Positions 15,169 through 29,128 are shown, counted from the first letter of the stretch. The stretch: 64,000 nt of DNA from Eledone cirrhosa (GCA_964016885.1 OZ024747.1:71114001-71178000), one strand, 5' to 3'. Notes: a model not told the origin generated them from the letters alone. Made by a program: numbers and translations.

Positions 15169-15347
15169 TTTTTGGCTTGGGTGGTTAATGCTTTCTTGAC
15201 CACCTTTTCAGTTGTGTATGGCTTCGTAACACATTGTTTAGCTCTGGTTTTTAACTATTGAGCACTTTGCCAGTATCATTTCTGATTTTTGTGTTTCGCT
15301 TCGCCTTTCCTGCCCGCCGAAAATACGATTCTCGCTGAATCTTTATT

Positions 15348-15386
<39 letters not shown>

Positions 15387-15600
15387 TTGTATGTTTATAT
15401 ATATATATATATGTGTGTGTCTGTGTATCACAACTGCATATATTAATATCCAACTTTTATGTTTATATATGCTTATATATATATATACATACATATATAT
15501 AACACGCTTGTATATGTATCATTTGACATTTCATTAAACATTAACTTAACCGTTATATCACATTATATAAACGCACAAACACACACACACGCACACACAC

Positions 15601-15631
<31 letters not shown>

Positions 15632-16750
15632 GTGTATATATATATATATATATACATTTATATATATATGCATATATGCCTACACCTTCAAACTCATAAA
15701 CACACACACACAAAACTCAGTTGGTTTTCTGGTATTGTATATATAGTGTGTGAAGTACGAATAACAAGGGCGCAGCTGGAATATTGGCGACGAGGGCAAC
15801 ACTGAGTTGTTTTCCTTTAAAACCCATTTATTTGGACAGGGGGAAATGAAATGGACGCTTTAGTGGAGGCTGCGCCTCAGCTGTACTAACTGCTAAATTG
15901 AAATGGGCGATTATGGAAATTGACAGTCGGACTACTGCAAGGGAACAAAGACTGTGTGACATGCAGGCAGATTAATTGATGGACAGTAACAAACTATGGA
16001 CAAGTAGATGACTGATCACGGACAGAGATTAGACGAGTAAGCACCTAACAAATGTACTGGTCACTCACTCACTCACTCACTCACTCACACTCACACTCAC
16101 TTATTCACTCATTCTCTTATAGACTCACTCTCCTTCTCACTTCTTCATTCCGCCTCTCTTGTCATTTTTGTGAAAGGCAATTCTGTTTGACTATCCCCAG
16201 CAAATTGTACAACTGGACATTAAGGGAAAAAAATAATAAAATAAAAATTGCGGGGTGCAGGAGATATTGTTATATGAAGTGAATGGTAAGGGAAGAGTAA
16301 TGTATAAAGGTGTTACTTGGTCAGATTGTCACTGACCATTTGGGAAGTGAACGTTTTGAGGGTGGTTGGTTGGTGAAGTAAGATAGCTCATGTGTGGGGA
16401 GACACAAACTGATGACATCCACTACTGGTGTTTGGCCAGACGAAAGCAGACTGGACTGAATCGACCAAAGCTCTGACAGTGAAATGAAACGGACAAATGA
16501 AGAAGACATGGACGGACAATCGAGTAAAACGATGGACGACAGGGCAGTCTGTCTGTTGTCTGACTGACTGACTGAACAGTATGTCGATTCTTTCCCTAAT
16601 CTGAAGGGTTAAGAAATTAAGAAAAATGAATGTCGCTGACTGACAAAATGATAATAGCTGCGACCAAAATAATGTTACTTATGTAGGTCTGTAGAAAATG
16701 TTAGATGAAATGATAAAGTGATGTAATTTTGAGTTGAAAAGTTATATATG

Positions 16751-16833
<83 letters not shown>

Positions 16834-16921
16834 ACATATATATATGTATACTTTATACATGTATATATATATATATACTTACATTTGTTTTGTTATTTCT
16901 GTTTACCTTTTACATACATAG

Positions 16922-16954
<33 letters not shown>

Positions 16955-17053
16955 GCCCGAAACGTCGTCCTCCACCTACCCCCCACTCTCCTGAGCGTGA
17001 AGCTAATAAACATTTGTCGTACTGCCTCTCTGTTCTGTCCCTGTTCAATTTTT

Positions 17054-17091
<38 letters not shown>

Positions 17092-17106
17092 ATATATACA
17101 GAGAGA

Positions 17107-17542
17107 GAATTGAATTAGAATTTAGTTTCGAGCATAGCTGTATACAGATATGTATTGGAATTTCGTATTTCTAAAGAAATACGGTATGTTCATAAATAAA
17201 CATTTAGAAAGCCGTAGCTATGCAAAAATACCGGCGGTGTCCAGCAAGGGGTACGTACAATCGTCGATGCATTTCGAACGAAACTGGTTGTCATCAGGAC
17301 AACCCCTCCTGAGCTCGTAACTGCTGGACTTGAAAACAGGTGAGAATATATAGTTTTCTCGTCTGTGTAAATGAGGTGATTAATCTCATTTGCATATGAA
17401 GCTGCATAAGTTGGCTTCACTTAGAATAGAATAGAATTGTAATTTAGATTCGGACATAGCTGTATACAGATATGTATTGGAATTTCGTGTTTCTAATGAA
17501 ATAAGGTATGTTTATAAATAAACATTTAGAGAGCCGTAGCTA
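17107..17542 (-). mobile_element. Retrozyme-like element: ~322-bp monomer plus ~110-bp terminal repeat, flanked by (TA)n
   Basis: catagctgtatacag at 17133 and 17455; hammerhead between the repeats. Confidence 0.7.
17259..17304 (-). ncRNA. Minimal type I hammerhead ribozyme
   Basis: ttgtc-CTGATGA-caac..gttc-GAAA-TGCA-TC-gacga; palindromic helix III, AUC triplet. Confidence 0.75.
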
Positions 17543-17732
17543 TATATATATATATATCTTTCTCTTTCTCTCTCTCCCCCTCCCTATGTCTCTCTCTCTC
17601 TCTATATATATATATATGAGTGTATGTATTGTTATCTGGCGTTTTACCTACTCACTCACATGGTCCTCAAACAAGAGCCATGTGTGTGACCAGGTGACAC
17701 TCCACAGTAACAAAACTCATTATTTAAGCAAT

Positions 17733-17925
17733 GGGTGGTGGATTGGCAGTATCGGTAGAGGGTCGGACCTCATGATTTGCAACATAAAGTTACGGCCCGT
17801 TACGGTCTGAGTTTAAATCCCGCCGAGGTTAACTTTGCCTTTCATACTTACGGGATCGATAAAATAAAGTACCAGTAATGCACTGGGTGATTGGTGGCCT
17901 TGTGCCAAATATAGAAACAATTATT
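17733..17925 (+). mobile_element. SINE family A
   Basis: Same head, body and tail as 14117. Confidence 0.9.
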
Positions 17926-18003
17926 TAACCAAAATAAATGAATATTTACAATCTATGAATATTTTGATATTGAGTACTCCTTTCTCTCGTCCGTCATCTT
18001 CAT

Positions 18004-18067
<64 letters not shown>

Positions 18068-18257
18068 GGAAAAAATGAAACGAAATTTCATTTCCCACTC
18101 TTAGTACGGCTGTTACTTAAATATAAGTATGTACACGTACATACTTATATATATACAGACGTACAGTAGTATGTATATATATATATATATATACACACAT
18201 ATATATATATGTACGTATGGATTCACCGAACATTTATTATTCACCGAACATATATTA

Positions 18258-18306
<49 letters not shown>

Positions 18307-18349
18307 GGAGAGAGAGGGGGGAGGGGCATTTACATATGTTGTGGGATAA

Positions 18350-18725
18350 GGTAGTAGTGGTGGTGATGGTGTTGCTGGAAGTAGGTAGTGATAGTGGTGG
18401 TGGTGATGGTGGTGGTGGTGGTGGTATGATGGTGATGATAGTGGTGGTGATAGCTTATGTGGATATGGTGATCATAGTGTGTGGGGGGGGGGTGATAGTG
18501 GTGGTGATGGTGGTGGCAGTGGTGGTGCTGGACGTGGTGATAGTGGTTGTTGTGGCGGTGGTGGAGGTAGTGGAGGCGGCGGTGGTGATGGTGGTGGCAG
18601 TGGTGGTGCTGGACGTGGTGATAGTAGTTGTTGTGGCGGTGGTGGAGGTAGTGGAGGCGGCGGTGGTGGTGGTGGTGGTGGTGGTGGTGGTAGTGGTGGT
18701 GGTGTTGGTGGTGATGGTGTCGGTG
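18350..18725. repeat. (GGT)n-rich low-complexity tract with internal ~81-bp duplication
   Basis: gtggtgctggacgtggtgatag occurs twice. Confidence 0.9.
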
Positions 18726-18864
18726 GCTAAAGTTACAACTTATTATGTCATTAGAACTGCTAATTAAAGGATTCTCGTTTCTCTGGCCAGTCTCCAAAGC
18801 AGAAGCTATACTACATGCAAGCTTATGCCTGCTCCCCAAACGCGAACACATATTGACAACGTCT

Positions 18865-19162
18865 CTTATATATTGTCTTGGTATGTGTGTACGTATATGT
18901 ATCTCTACATGTATTGTCGTATATGTATCTCTATATATTGTCTTGGTATGTGTGTACGTATATGTATCTCTACATGTATTGTCGTATATGTATCTCTATA
19001 TATTGTCTTGGTATGTGTGTACGTATATGTATCTCTACATGTATTGTCGTATATGTATCTCTATATATTGTCTTGGTATGTGTGTACGTATATGTATCTC
19101 TACATGTATTGTCGTATATGTATCTCTATATATTGTCTTGGTATGTGTGTACGTATATGTAT
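18865..19162. repeat. 65-bp minisatellite, ~4.5 copies
   Basis: tattgtcttgg at 18871, 18936, 19001, 19066, 19131. Confidence 0.95.
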
Positions 19163-19517
19163 GATTTGGATAAACGTCGCTTTTCTGTCAATCTCTACAT
19201 GTGTGTATGTGTTCTGTGTATTGTGTATGTACGTATGTATATATGATTACGGTGTACTTCCAGTCGTGTTGTGCATGTCGTAATCATACGTACGTGTCTG
19301 CGTGTCTGTACGTGTATATGTGGATACATGCGTCAAATTTGTGTATGTGTGGGTATGTACGCTGATCTGTGTGCGTAGGTATGCAAGCATGTTTCTGTCA
19401 CGTGTGTGTGTGTGTGTGTGTATGCGTGTCGCTTCGTAATAGAAATAATAACAATAATGATTTCTAAACATTGGCACAAAATAACACCTTATACGTACAC
19501 ACACACACACGCATACA

Positions 19518-19591
<74 letters not shown>

Positions 19592-20236
19592 TATGCATGT
19601 ATGTATGTATGTATATGTGTATGTATGTTCGTATGCATGTACGTTTGTATGAATGTATGTATGCTTGTATGTATATATATGTATGAATGTATGTTTGTAT
19701 ATATGTATGATTCTATGTATGTATGTATGTATGTATGTTCGTATGCATGTACGCTTGCATGAATGTATGTATGTTTGTATGTATATATATATATGTATGA
19801 ATGTATATTTGTATATATGTATATATGTATGTACGTATGTTTGTATGTATGTATGTACAATATGTACCACTGTTATTTCTGTAGTGGCTTCAGCTATGTG
19901 AAGGAGGGTTAATAATCTCCGCCCATACATACAGCAGTTGAAACTACTACTAGACATTGTAGAAGACTGGAGTTTCGCTCTCCTATCCCAGCACCGCATT
20001 CATTCTGTTCGAGCTACCTGCTTTGTAAGCAGTAACGCCTTCATCGTCAAACCACCTATCTACTCCCTCACAATATCTATGTAGGTAGGTTGTTCACTAT
20101 CAAGGCAGGCATTTCTATAGCCACACATTTCTCTACACTCTCTTATCTCTTATTTTCATACATATTATATTTTATTGATTCAGTATATTATGCCACATAT
20201 TTTTATATATAGATATATATATATATACATATACAT

Positions 20237-20398
<162 letters not shown>

Positions 20399-20422
20399 AA
20401 TTATTATTATGATAAAAGAAAA

Positions 20423-20459
<37 letters not shown>

Positions 20460-20532
20460 GTATTTTTTCATCATTATCATTGTCTTTATAATCATTATCA
20501 TTAACATTATTATTGTTATTATTATTATTAAA

Positions 20533-20911
20533 GGGCGGTGGATTGGCAGTATCGGTAGAGGGTCGGACGTCATGCTTTGACGCATAGAGTTACGGCCCTT
20601 TCCATTCTGAGTTCAAATCGCGCCGAGGTCAACTTTGCCTTTCATCCTTATGGGGTCGATAAAATAAAGTACCAGTAATGTACTGGTTAATTGCTGGCCT
20701 TGTGCCAAAAGTAGAAACAATTATTATTATTATTGGCGGATTGACAGAATTGTTTAAACGTCGAATAAAATGCTTTGTAGCATTTAGTTACGACCCTTTA
20801 CGTTCTGAGTTCAAATCCCGCCGGGCTCAACTTTGCCTTTCATCTTTCCGACTTTTCCCCTCCCTACATATTGCTGGTCTTGTGCCTAAATCAGAAACAA
20901 TTAGCATTATC

Positions 20912-20944
<33 letters not shown>

Positions 20945-21185
20945 GTTCCTATTATATAAGATAGTGGGATGGCGGATTACTGGTGCGTCGATCAAAATGC
21001 CTTACGGTAGGTATTTAGTTACGGCTTCTTACTTTCTGAGTTCAAATCCCAGCAAGATCAACTCGGACTTTCATTCTTCCGAGGTCGATAAAATAAAGTA
21101 CTATTGTAAACTATTGCTATCGATACAACCGAATGCCCCACCCGTCACACGCAATTGCTGGCCTTGTGCCAAATTTAGAAACCAT
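20533..21185 (+). mobile_element. Three family-A-type SINEs in a chain (20533-20733 well conserved; ~20734-20905 and ~20970-21185 diverged)
   Basis: Three B-boxes gagttcaaatc and three tails. Confidence 0.8.
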
Positions 21186-21839
21186 ACTTGTCGTTTTGTG
21201 AATGTGTGTGTATGTGTGGGAATGTGTGTCTATGTGTGAGTGCGTGTGTATGCGTGTGTCTGTGTTGCTTTTGGTTTGTTTGTCACAAAATGCTGAAAGA
21301 TAAACAAATCAAATGAAGTACTCAAGTGTGTGTGCATGCGTGTCTGTTTGTGCATGCGTGTCTGTTTGTGCATGTGTGTCTGTTTGTGTGTGTGTGTGTG
21401 TGTGTCTGTTTGTGTATATGTGTGTGGTTCTGTTTGTGCACGTGTGTCTGTGTGTATGTGTCTGTTTGTGCATGTCTGTCTGTTTGTGTGTGTGTCTGTC
21501 TGTTGGTGTGTGCCTGTTTGTGTGTATGTACGCGCGTGCGTGTGGCCACTTATATGAGAGGCAGTGTGCGTATGTATATTCTTTTCTCTGTGTGTGCATT
21601 TATCTATTTGCATGTGTGCATGCGTATGTAAGTGTGAGTACGTGCGTGCGTTTGTGTGCTGGTCAAACTATCTTGCGGTTATTTCGACAGACCCTTTTTT
21701 ATGTATGCGGAGTTCAAATCCCAGTCGGTTTCGAATTAATCTTTTATATTTTATCGGCTGGCAGTTGGCAATTTGTTATATCACGAACTTACCTCCCCCA
21801 CCCGCCTGTTCGGGGAGGTATTGATGGGAGATAAAATAT

Positions 21840-22033
21840 AATTGTTTCTACTTTAGGCACAAGGCCAGCAATTATCCCAGTGTATTACTGGTACTTTATT
21901 TTATCGACCCCGTAAGGATGAAAGGCAAAGTTAACCTCGGCGGGATTTGAACTCAGACCATAAAGGGATATAACTCTTTTTTGCTGCAAAGCATAGCGTC
22001 CGACCCTCTACCGAAACTGCCAATCCACCACCC
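21840..22033 (-). mobile_element. SINE family A whose 5' head continues into a tandem array
   Basis: Tail, body and B-box (ggatttgaactc) in reverse complement. Confidence 0.9.
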
Positions 22034-23428
22034 TAGCATAGCGTCCGACCCTCTACCGAAACTGCCAATCCACCACCCTAGCATAGCGTCCGACCCTCTA
22101 CCGAAACTGCCAATCCACCACCCTAGCATAGCGTCCGACCCTCTACCGAAACTGCCAATCCACCACCCTAGCATAGCGTCCGACCCTCTACCGATACTGC
22201 CAATCCACCACCCTAGCATAGCGTCCGACCCTCTACCGAAACTGCCAATCCACCACCCTAGCATAGCGTCCGACCCTCTACCGAAACTGCCAATCCACCA
22301 CCCTAGCATAGCGTCCGACCCTCTACCGATACTGCCACTCCACCACCCTAGCATAGCGTCCGACCCTCTACCGATACTGCCACTCCACCACCCTAGCATA
22401 GCGTCCGACCCTCTACCGAAACTGCCAATCCACCACCCTAGCATAGCGTCCGACCCTCTACCGATACTGCCACTCCACCACCCTAGCATAGCGTCCGACC
22501 CTCTACCGATACTGCCAATCCACCACCCTAGCATAGCGTCCGACCCTCTACCGATACTGCCACTCCACCACCCTAGCATAGCGTCCGACCCTCTACCGAT
22601 ACTGCCAATCCACCACCCTAGCATAGCGTCCGACCCTCTACCGATACTGCCACTCCACCACCCTAGCATAGCGTCCGACCCTCTACCGATACTGCCAATC
22701 CACCACCCTAGCATAGCGTCCGACCCTCTACCGATACTGCCACTCCACCACCCTAGCATAGCGTCCGACCCTCTACCGATACTGCCACTCCACCACCCTA
22801 GCATAGCGTCCGACCCTCTACCGATACTGCCACTCCACCACCCTAGCATAGCGTCCGACCCTCTACCGAAACTGCCACTCCACCACCCTAGCATAGCGTC
22901 CGACCCTCTACCGATACTGCCACTCCACCACCCTAGCATAGCGTCCGACCCTCTACCGAAACTGCCACTCCACCACCCTAGCATAGCGTCCGACCCTCTA
23001 CCGATACTGCCACTCCACCACCCTAGCATAGCGTCCGACCCTCTACCGATACTGCCACTCCACCACCCTAGCATAGCGTCCGACCCTCTACCGAAACTGC
23101 CACTCCACCACCCTAGCATAGCGTCCGACCCTCTACCGAAACTGCCACTCCACCACCCTAGCATAGCGTCCGACCCTCTACCGAAACTGCCACTCCACCA
23201 CCCTAGCATAGCGTCCGACCCTCTACCGATACTGCCACTCCACCACCCTAGCATAGCGTCCGACCCTCTACCGATACTGCCACTCCACCACCCTAGCATA
23301 GCGTCCGACCCTCTACCGAAACTGCCACTCCACCACCCTAGCATAGCGTCCGACCCTCTACCGATACTGCCAATCCACCACCCTAGCATAGCGTCCGACC
23401 CTCTACCGATACTGCCACTCCACCACCT
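21991..23428 (-). repeat. 45-bp minisatellite x32 derived from the SINE 5' head (A-box segment)
   Basis: gcatagcgtccgaccctctaccgaWactgccaMtccaccacccta; essentially two variable positions. Confidence 0.97.
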
Positions 23429-23669
23429 AATACCAGGTACCTGTAAGGTGATATAATCAACTATGCCATACCTTCAAATTGTGTAGCCTTCCGCTTAAGT
23501 GAGGAAATATTGGTGTCGTTGTTGTTAGTGTTTTTTGTTGATGCTGTTGTTATTGTTATGATATTGTTATGTTGTTGCTGCTACTGATGATGATGTCTGC
23601 AGGTGCTTGAAAAATAGTTATTAAAATACACACACATACACACACACACATATATATATATATAATATA

Positions 23670-23747
<78 letters not shown>

Positions 23748-23927
23748 TATATATAAAATAATAATAATAAAATTTATATTTATATATACACTATATATAA
23801 TGATAAACAGGAAAGGTCAGTAATTCTTTAGCACCTTATTACCTGTAAGAAAAAAGTATGTATATATATATATATATATATTAGTTTTGCGTGGCAATAT
23901 TACACAAATATGACCCTCCCCAAGTAT

Positions 23928-23993
<66 letters not shown>

Positions 23994-24334
23994 GTGAGAT
24001 TCTTTAACAAAATGAAAAAAAAACGAGGTGTCCTACACCAGTGAAAGTATAAGGAAAAAAGATGAAATCGAAAATGCAACTGGAGTCTTTTTTTAAAATA
24101 TATATATTTATTTAGTTCCTTTACCAGTTTCGCAGTGATGGAGGGTTTGTGGTTTTTCTCACATATATATATTTCTCACATATATATATATATATATTTC
24201 TAGAAATAGCCGTCGAAACGGATTGAGCTCTGCCGTCGGGGTCATACTTTTTCCTATTACCCGCTCTACTACCCTAAGTATTGAGTACTCTGGTGCGTTA
24301 TGGTCCATCTGGTTCCTTACCACTCTTCCTTCGT

Positions 24335-24373
<39 letters not shown>

Positions 24374-24484
24374 TCGTTGCAATATTGGCAACGCGTATAC
24401 ATATATATATATACATATATATATATATGTATGTGCATGTGAATATATACATACACACACACACACATATATATGTACTTATAC

Positions 24485-24527
<43 letters not shown>

Positions 24528-24560
24528 TATAGATATATATATATATGTATGTATATATGT

Positions 24561-24596
<36 letters not shown>

Positions 24597-24608
24597 ATAT
24601 ATATATAC

Positions 24609-24654
<46 letters not shown>

Positions 24655-24737
24655 GTATAAGTACATATATATGTGTGTGTGTGTATGTATATATTTACAT
24701 ACACATACATATATATATATGTATATATATATATACA

Positions 24738-24789
<52 letters not shown>

Positions 24790-24807
24790 CATATGTATAT
24801 ATATATG

Positions 24808-24882
<75 letters not shown>

Positions 24883-25014
24883 GTATACATATATGTGTAT
24901 ATATATATATATAATGTATATATATAATGTACATGTATATACATATATGTATATATATATGTGTGTGTGAGTGTGTGTGTATATGCGTGTGTATGATGGG
25001 TGGGGTGTTGGACC

Positions 25015-25265
25015 ATCGTCGCTTCAAGTTGAATTGATCAACGGAACAACCTCCCCGCGAAATTAACGTAAACGTGGCTGGGAATTCCACAGACACGTGT
25101 ACTTTTAATGTAGTTCTCAGGGAGCATCAGAATTACTCAGTGTGTAACAAGGATGGTCCTTTAAATAACAGGTACATTTTATTTTTGTAACCTGAAATAA
25201 CGTAAAATAAAGTATCTTGTTCAAGGACACAGCACGACCCTGGGAACGGAACAAACGTTCCCGAG
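25015..25265 (-). mobile_element. Diverged tRNA-derived SINE family B
   Basis: Reverse complement has gtgtccttgaacaagatacttt; body similar to 55737-56050. Confidence 0.6.
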
Positions 25266-25438
25266 CCTAACACCTTACATTCTCTAACTAAATGCTCATC
25301 AATATCTCCACTCTGTACGCCAGGACCACGAGACAGTAATGACTCTTAAGTTTCATTTACAGTGATGGCATGTGAATAAATTTACTTGGAAAAAATCTTT
25401 CTATTGAAATCTATAGAATTGTTTAGTAAATCAATTTA

Positions 25439-25718
25439 AACCCTCACCTGTTGAACCCCACCTGTTGAACCTCACCTGTTGAACCCCACCTGTTGAACCT
25501 CACCTGTTGAACCCCACCTGTTGAACCTCACCTGTTGAACCCCACCTGTTGAACCCCACCTGTTGAACCTCACCTGTTGAACCCCACCTGTTGAACCTCA
25601 CCTGTTGAACCCCACCTGTTGAACCCCACCTGTTGAACCTCACCTGTTGAACCCCACCTGTTGAACCTCACCTGTTGAACCCCACCTGTTGAACCTCACC
25701 TGTTGAACCCCACCTGTT
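25439..25718. repeat. 14-bp minisatellite gaaccYcacctgtt, ~20 copies
   Basis: Direct reading. Confidence 0.97.
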
Positions 25719-26130
25719 TGGTCAAAGTCATTTCATTTATAAGCGAGAATTGGTGCGCCTTTTGAGCCTCGGATTAAATATATCATTATTTACTCTGGTT
25801 CACTGCGCTCTGAGTTCAATTCCTGCAGAGGTCAAATTTGACTTTCATCCATTCGAGATCGATAAATAAACTACCAGTCCATGGGTTAATTCCTCTTCTA
25901 CCTCTCGTTATCATTTTCTGGAACAAATCGGTTGTGTTTAGACCTAGAGAAGGGTGGGCTCTGTCAGGCTTAAAATGTCTACGGCACACCATTAAACATG
26001 ACGGTGCCTTTCCGACTCACTGACATGTTAGAGGCTTTTTTACTTTTGTATATCAGTAACTGCATAGTCCAATGTCTCCGATGTCTCCTATGTATTTTAA
26101 GAATATAAGGAAAAAAAAGCAAAATGGAGC

Positions 26131-26191
<61 letters not shown>

Positions 26192-26214
26192 TGTTATTAA
26201 GGCTACCTAATGAG

Positions 26215-26262
26215 TCTTGTTACTCTGGAGTTTCGCCTGCTACTCACAGGGTCATCAGAAAA
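26215..26262 (-). ncRNA. Type I hammerhead ribozyme motif in an ~75 bp island between (TA)n tracts
   Basis: CTGATGA-c-cctg/cagg-c-GAAA-CTCCAGAG-TA; helix I weak and truncated by (TA)n. Confidence 0.6.
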
Positions 26263-26794
26263 TATATATATATATATATAAGATCAAAAGATGGTCAAAA
26301 GAGTTCCAAGTATTTTATTATGCGCTTTCACCATGGGATGATATCTGCGTTCTCATCAGATAAAATAGGGAGACATATGAAGCTTAAAAAACACTTGTGA
26401 GCAGTGAAGTTTTAAATCAACATATGAAAAATAAACTAAGATGGATATATGAGATTGGGAAAAATGGGGGGGGGGGGTAAGGAAGAGGAAGAAAGAAAAA
26501 TAAAGGATGGTGGGGGAGGAGTATAAGAAGGAAGAATGAGAGAGGAGGAGAAATGAGTGATAGAGAGAGAGAAATAGCCTTTACAACTGAGAAAACATTG
26601 TCTCACAGAGAGAAATTAAAAAACCGTTGGAAGATAATAGATAATTTAAAAGATTTTGAAATTAAAAGTTAATGAGGTTTATGCATGAAGAAAAGGGAAT
26701 TAAGAATAGTATTAAATTAAGGTTTGTATATTGAAGGATTTAATAATATGTGTGAAAAAAAGAATTTATTAATATGTAATAAAACTCAACTCCT

Positions 26795-26842
<48 letters not shown>

Positions 26843-27091
26843 TAAATAATAATCAAAGAGTATTTAATATTTCAAACATTTAATAACTAACGACCGTTTC
26901 ATCCTAAATATATGGAGATGGGACAATTTTTTTTATTTCTTGTCCTATTTTAACTATTGAAGAATTTGAGAGACAAATTAATTCAATTGCAGTAGGGAAT
27001 TGAGATTCTAACGTCATCGACTCCAGCAAACAGTGGGACGAGCATTTTAACACCAACAAATGAATGATAAATGTAAACTGAGATTAATTGA

Positions 27092-27207
<116 letters not shown>

Positions 27208-27417
27208 GCTAAAATATCCCGTCCATTACTTTATTTCAACACATGCTCTGGAAATTACGTCATTTAACAGACCGACTAGTACAACTATAATTAAAATGAC
27301 TTTAGTAAGGCATAATAATTTTATCCTTATATTTTTTCAATACAGGCAATAATTCTATACTATAATAATTCTAAACTATAATTCTAAACTATAATAAACT
27401 ATAATAATTCCTATGTA

Positions 27418-27543
27418 AGTTTATCTTTAGTTTGTATGAGATGAAAGAATGGTATTGAACTAATGTAATGGTAGCTGCCCCATCGCGTACTATTACATTA
27501 GTTCAATACCATTCTTTCATCTCATACAAACTAAAGATAAACT
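27418..27543. repeat. Hairpin with 56-bp arms and 14-nt loop (duplicate 33353-33478)
   Basis: agtttatctttag..taatggta / tactatta..ctaaagataaact; one G-T mismatch. Confidence 0.95.
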
Positions 27544-27860
27544 ATAATAATTGTTTCTACTTTAAGCACAAGGCCGGCAATTTGAAGGGGGGGGGGGGGG
27601 TAAAATTGATTAAATCAACGCTTGTACGCACTGGTGCTTTATTTTATTCTATAGATATGTATTATTTAACTGTTTATATTCCCTTTCATTACGTATACTA
27701 TATTCTAATACCATAATCTTTATTTGTCCTCCTAATTTTTCTTCTCACTTGGAGAACCAAAAGTTTTTCAATACACAAAACATATAATGAAATGATAATA
27801 TTGCGTACACACATGTACACACATACATACATATATATATATATGTATGTGTGTGTGCGC

Positions 27861-27950
<90 letters not shown>

Positions 27951-28108
27951 GTGCGTATATATATATATGTATATATATATATGTGTGTCTATATATATAT
28001 GTGTATATATATATGTATATATATATGTGTGTATATATATGTATATATATGTATATATATGTATATATATGTATATATATGTATATGTATATAATGTATA
28101 TGTATATA

Positions 28109-28218
<110 letters not shown>

Positions 28219-28243
28219 TATGTATATGTATATATATATATGT

Positions 28244-28311
<68 letters not shown>

Positions 28312-28441
28312 TTCCTGTCTTCCTCCGGTTGCAACGTTTTTTGAAATATTCACTTCTGCGTTTACAGATTGACTTTGTTAGTTTCAGAAGATCCCGTTAA
28401 GGGTGAAAGCACCGATTCTTTGCTTAAACTTTAATCTGTTA

Positions 28442-28526
<85 letters not shown>

Positions 28527-28684
28527 ATACTTTGGGAGGGTCATGTTGCCAATAAGAAACACACGCACCAGTTGCTTTCACTCCAATTTATTATAAATTA
28601 AAGAATCTTGCTAAACAAATTCAGAAACGATATATATGTATATATATATATGTATATATATGTATATGTATATATATATATATG

Positions 28685-28869
28685 TATGTTCGCTTTTTGA
28701 GCTATAGTGGCTATGGCTTCTTAACCATCCTCTCAGCGTGTATGACCATTTTAACTTATGTTTATAGCTCTGCTATCCTCTTCACATGCATGGAGCGCTT
28801 GTCTGCACATTATTGAAGTTGCGTTTCGCTAATTTCTACCCGCCGAAATGCGATTCTCGCTAAATTATA

Positions 28870-28872
<3 letters not shown>
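28685..28872. mobile_element. (TA)n-flanked repeat family (also 15165-15345, 34606-34792, 60040-60210)
   Basis: Shared tagctctg..cgccgaaatgcgattctcg. Confidence 0.65.
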
Positions 28873-28965
<93 letters not shown>

Positions 28966-29043
28966 GATAAGCAGAACAAGTAAAATTCAATCAATTTTTC
29001 AAAATACATAAAAAAATATAATATAAATATTTACCTCTTCTAG

Positions 29044-29128
29044 TGGCCCTTACTGATCAGTTTCGCTTTGTAAAACCTCATAAATCCGATGGATTTATGA
29101 TGGAAAACCAAAGCTCATCAGAGAAGCA
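29044..29128 (-). ncRNA. Type I hammerhead ribozyme with extended helix II
   Basis: ttct-CTGATGA-GCTTTG..(tcataaatcc/ggatttatga)..CAAAGC-GAAA-CTGATCAG-TA-aggg. Confidence 0.85.

Noticed and set aside
18129-18851. Val-, His- or Gly-rich ORFs
   Set aside because: (GGT)n low complexity open in several frames; no splice or codon evidence.
21953-23456. 478- and 491-aa repeat proteins, or a CRISPR-like array
   Set aside because: The 45-bp unit is a SINE head and is stop-free in some frames by chance; there are no unique spacers or cas genes.
28383-28420. Hammerhead in the cagaaga-tcccgttaagggt-gaaa family
   Set aside because: The core reads CAGAAGA in all copies and helix I cannot form.
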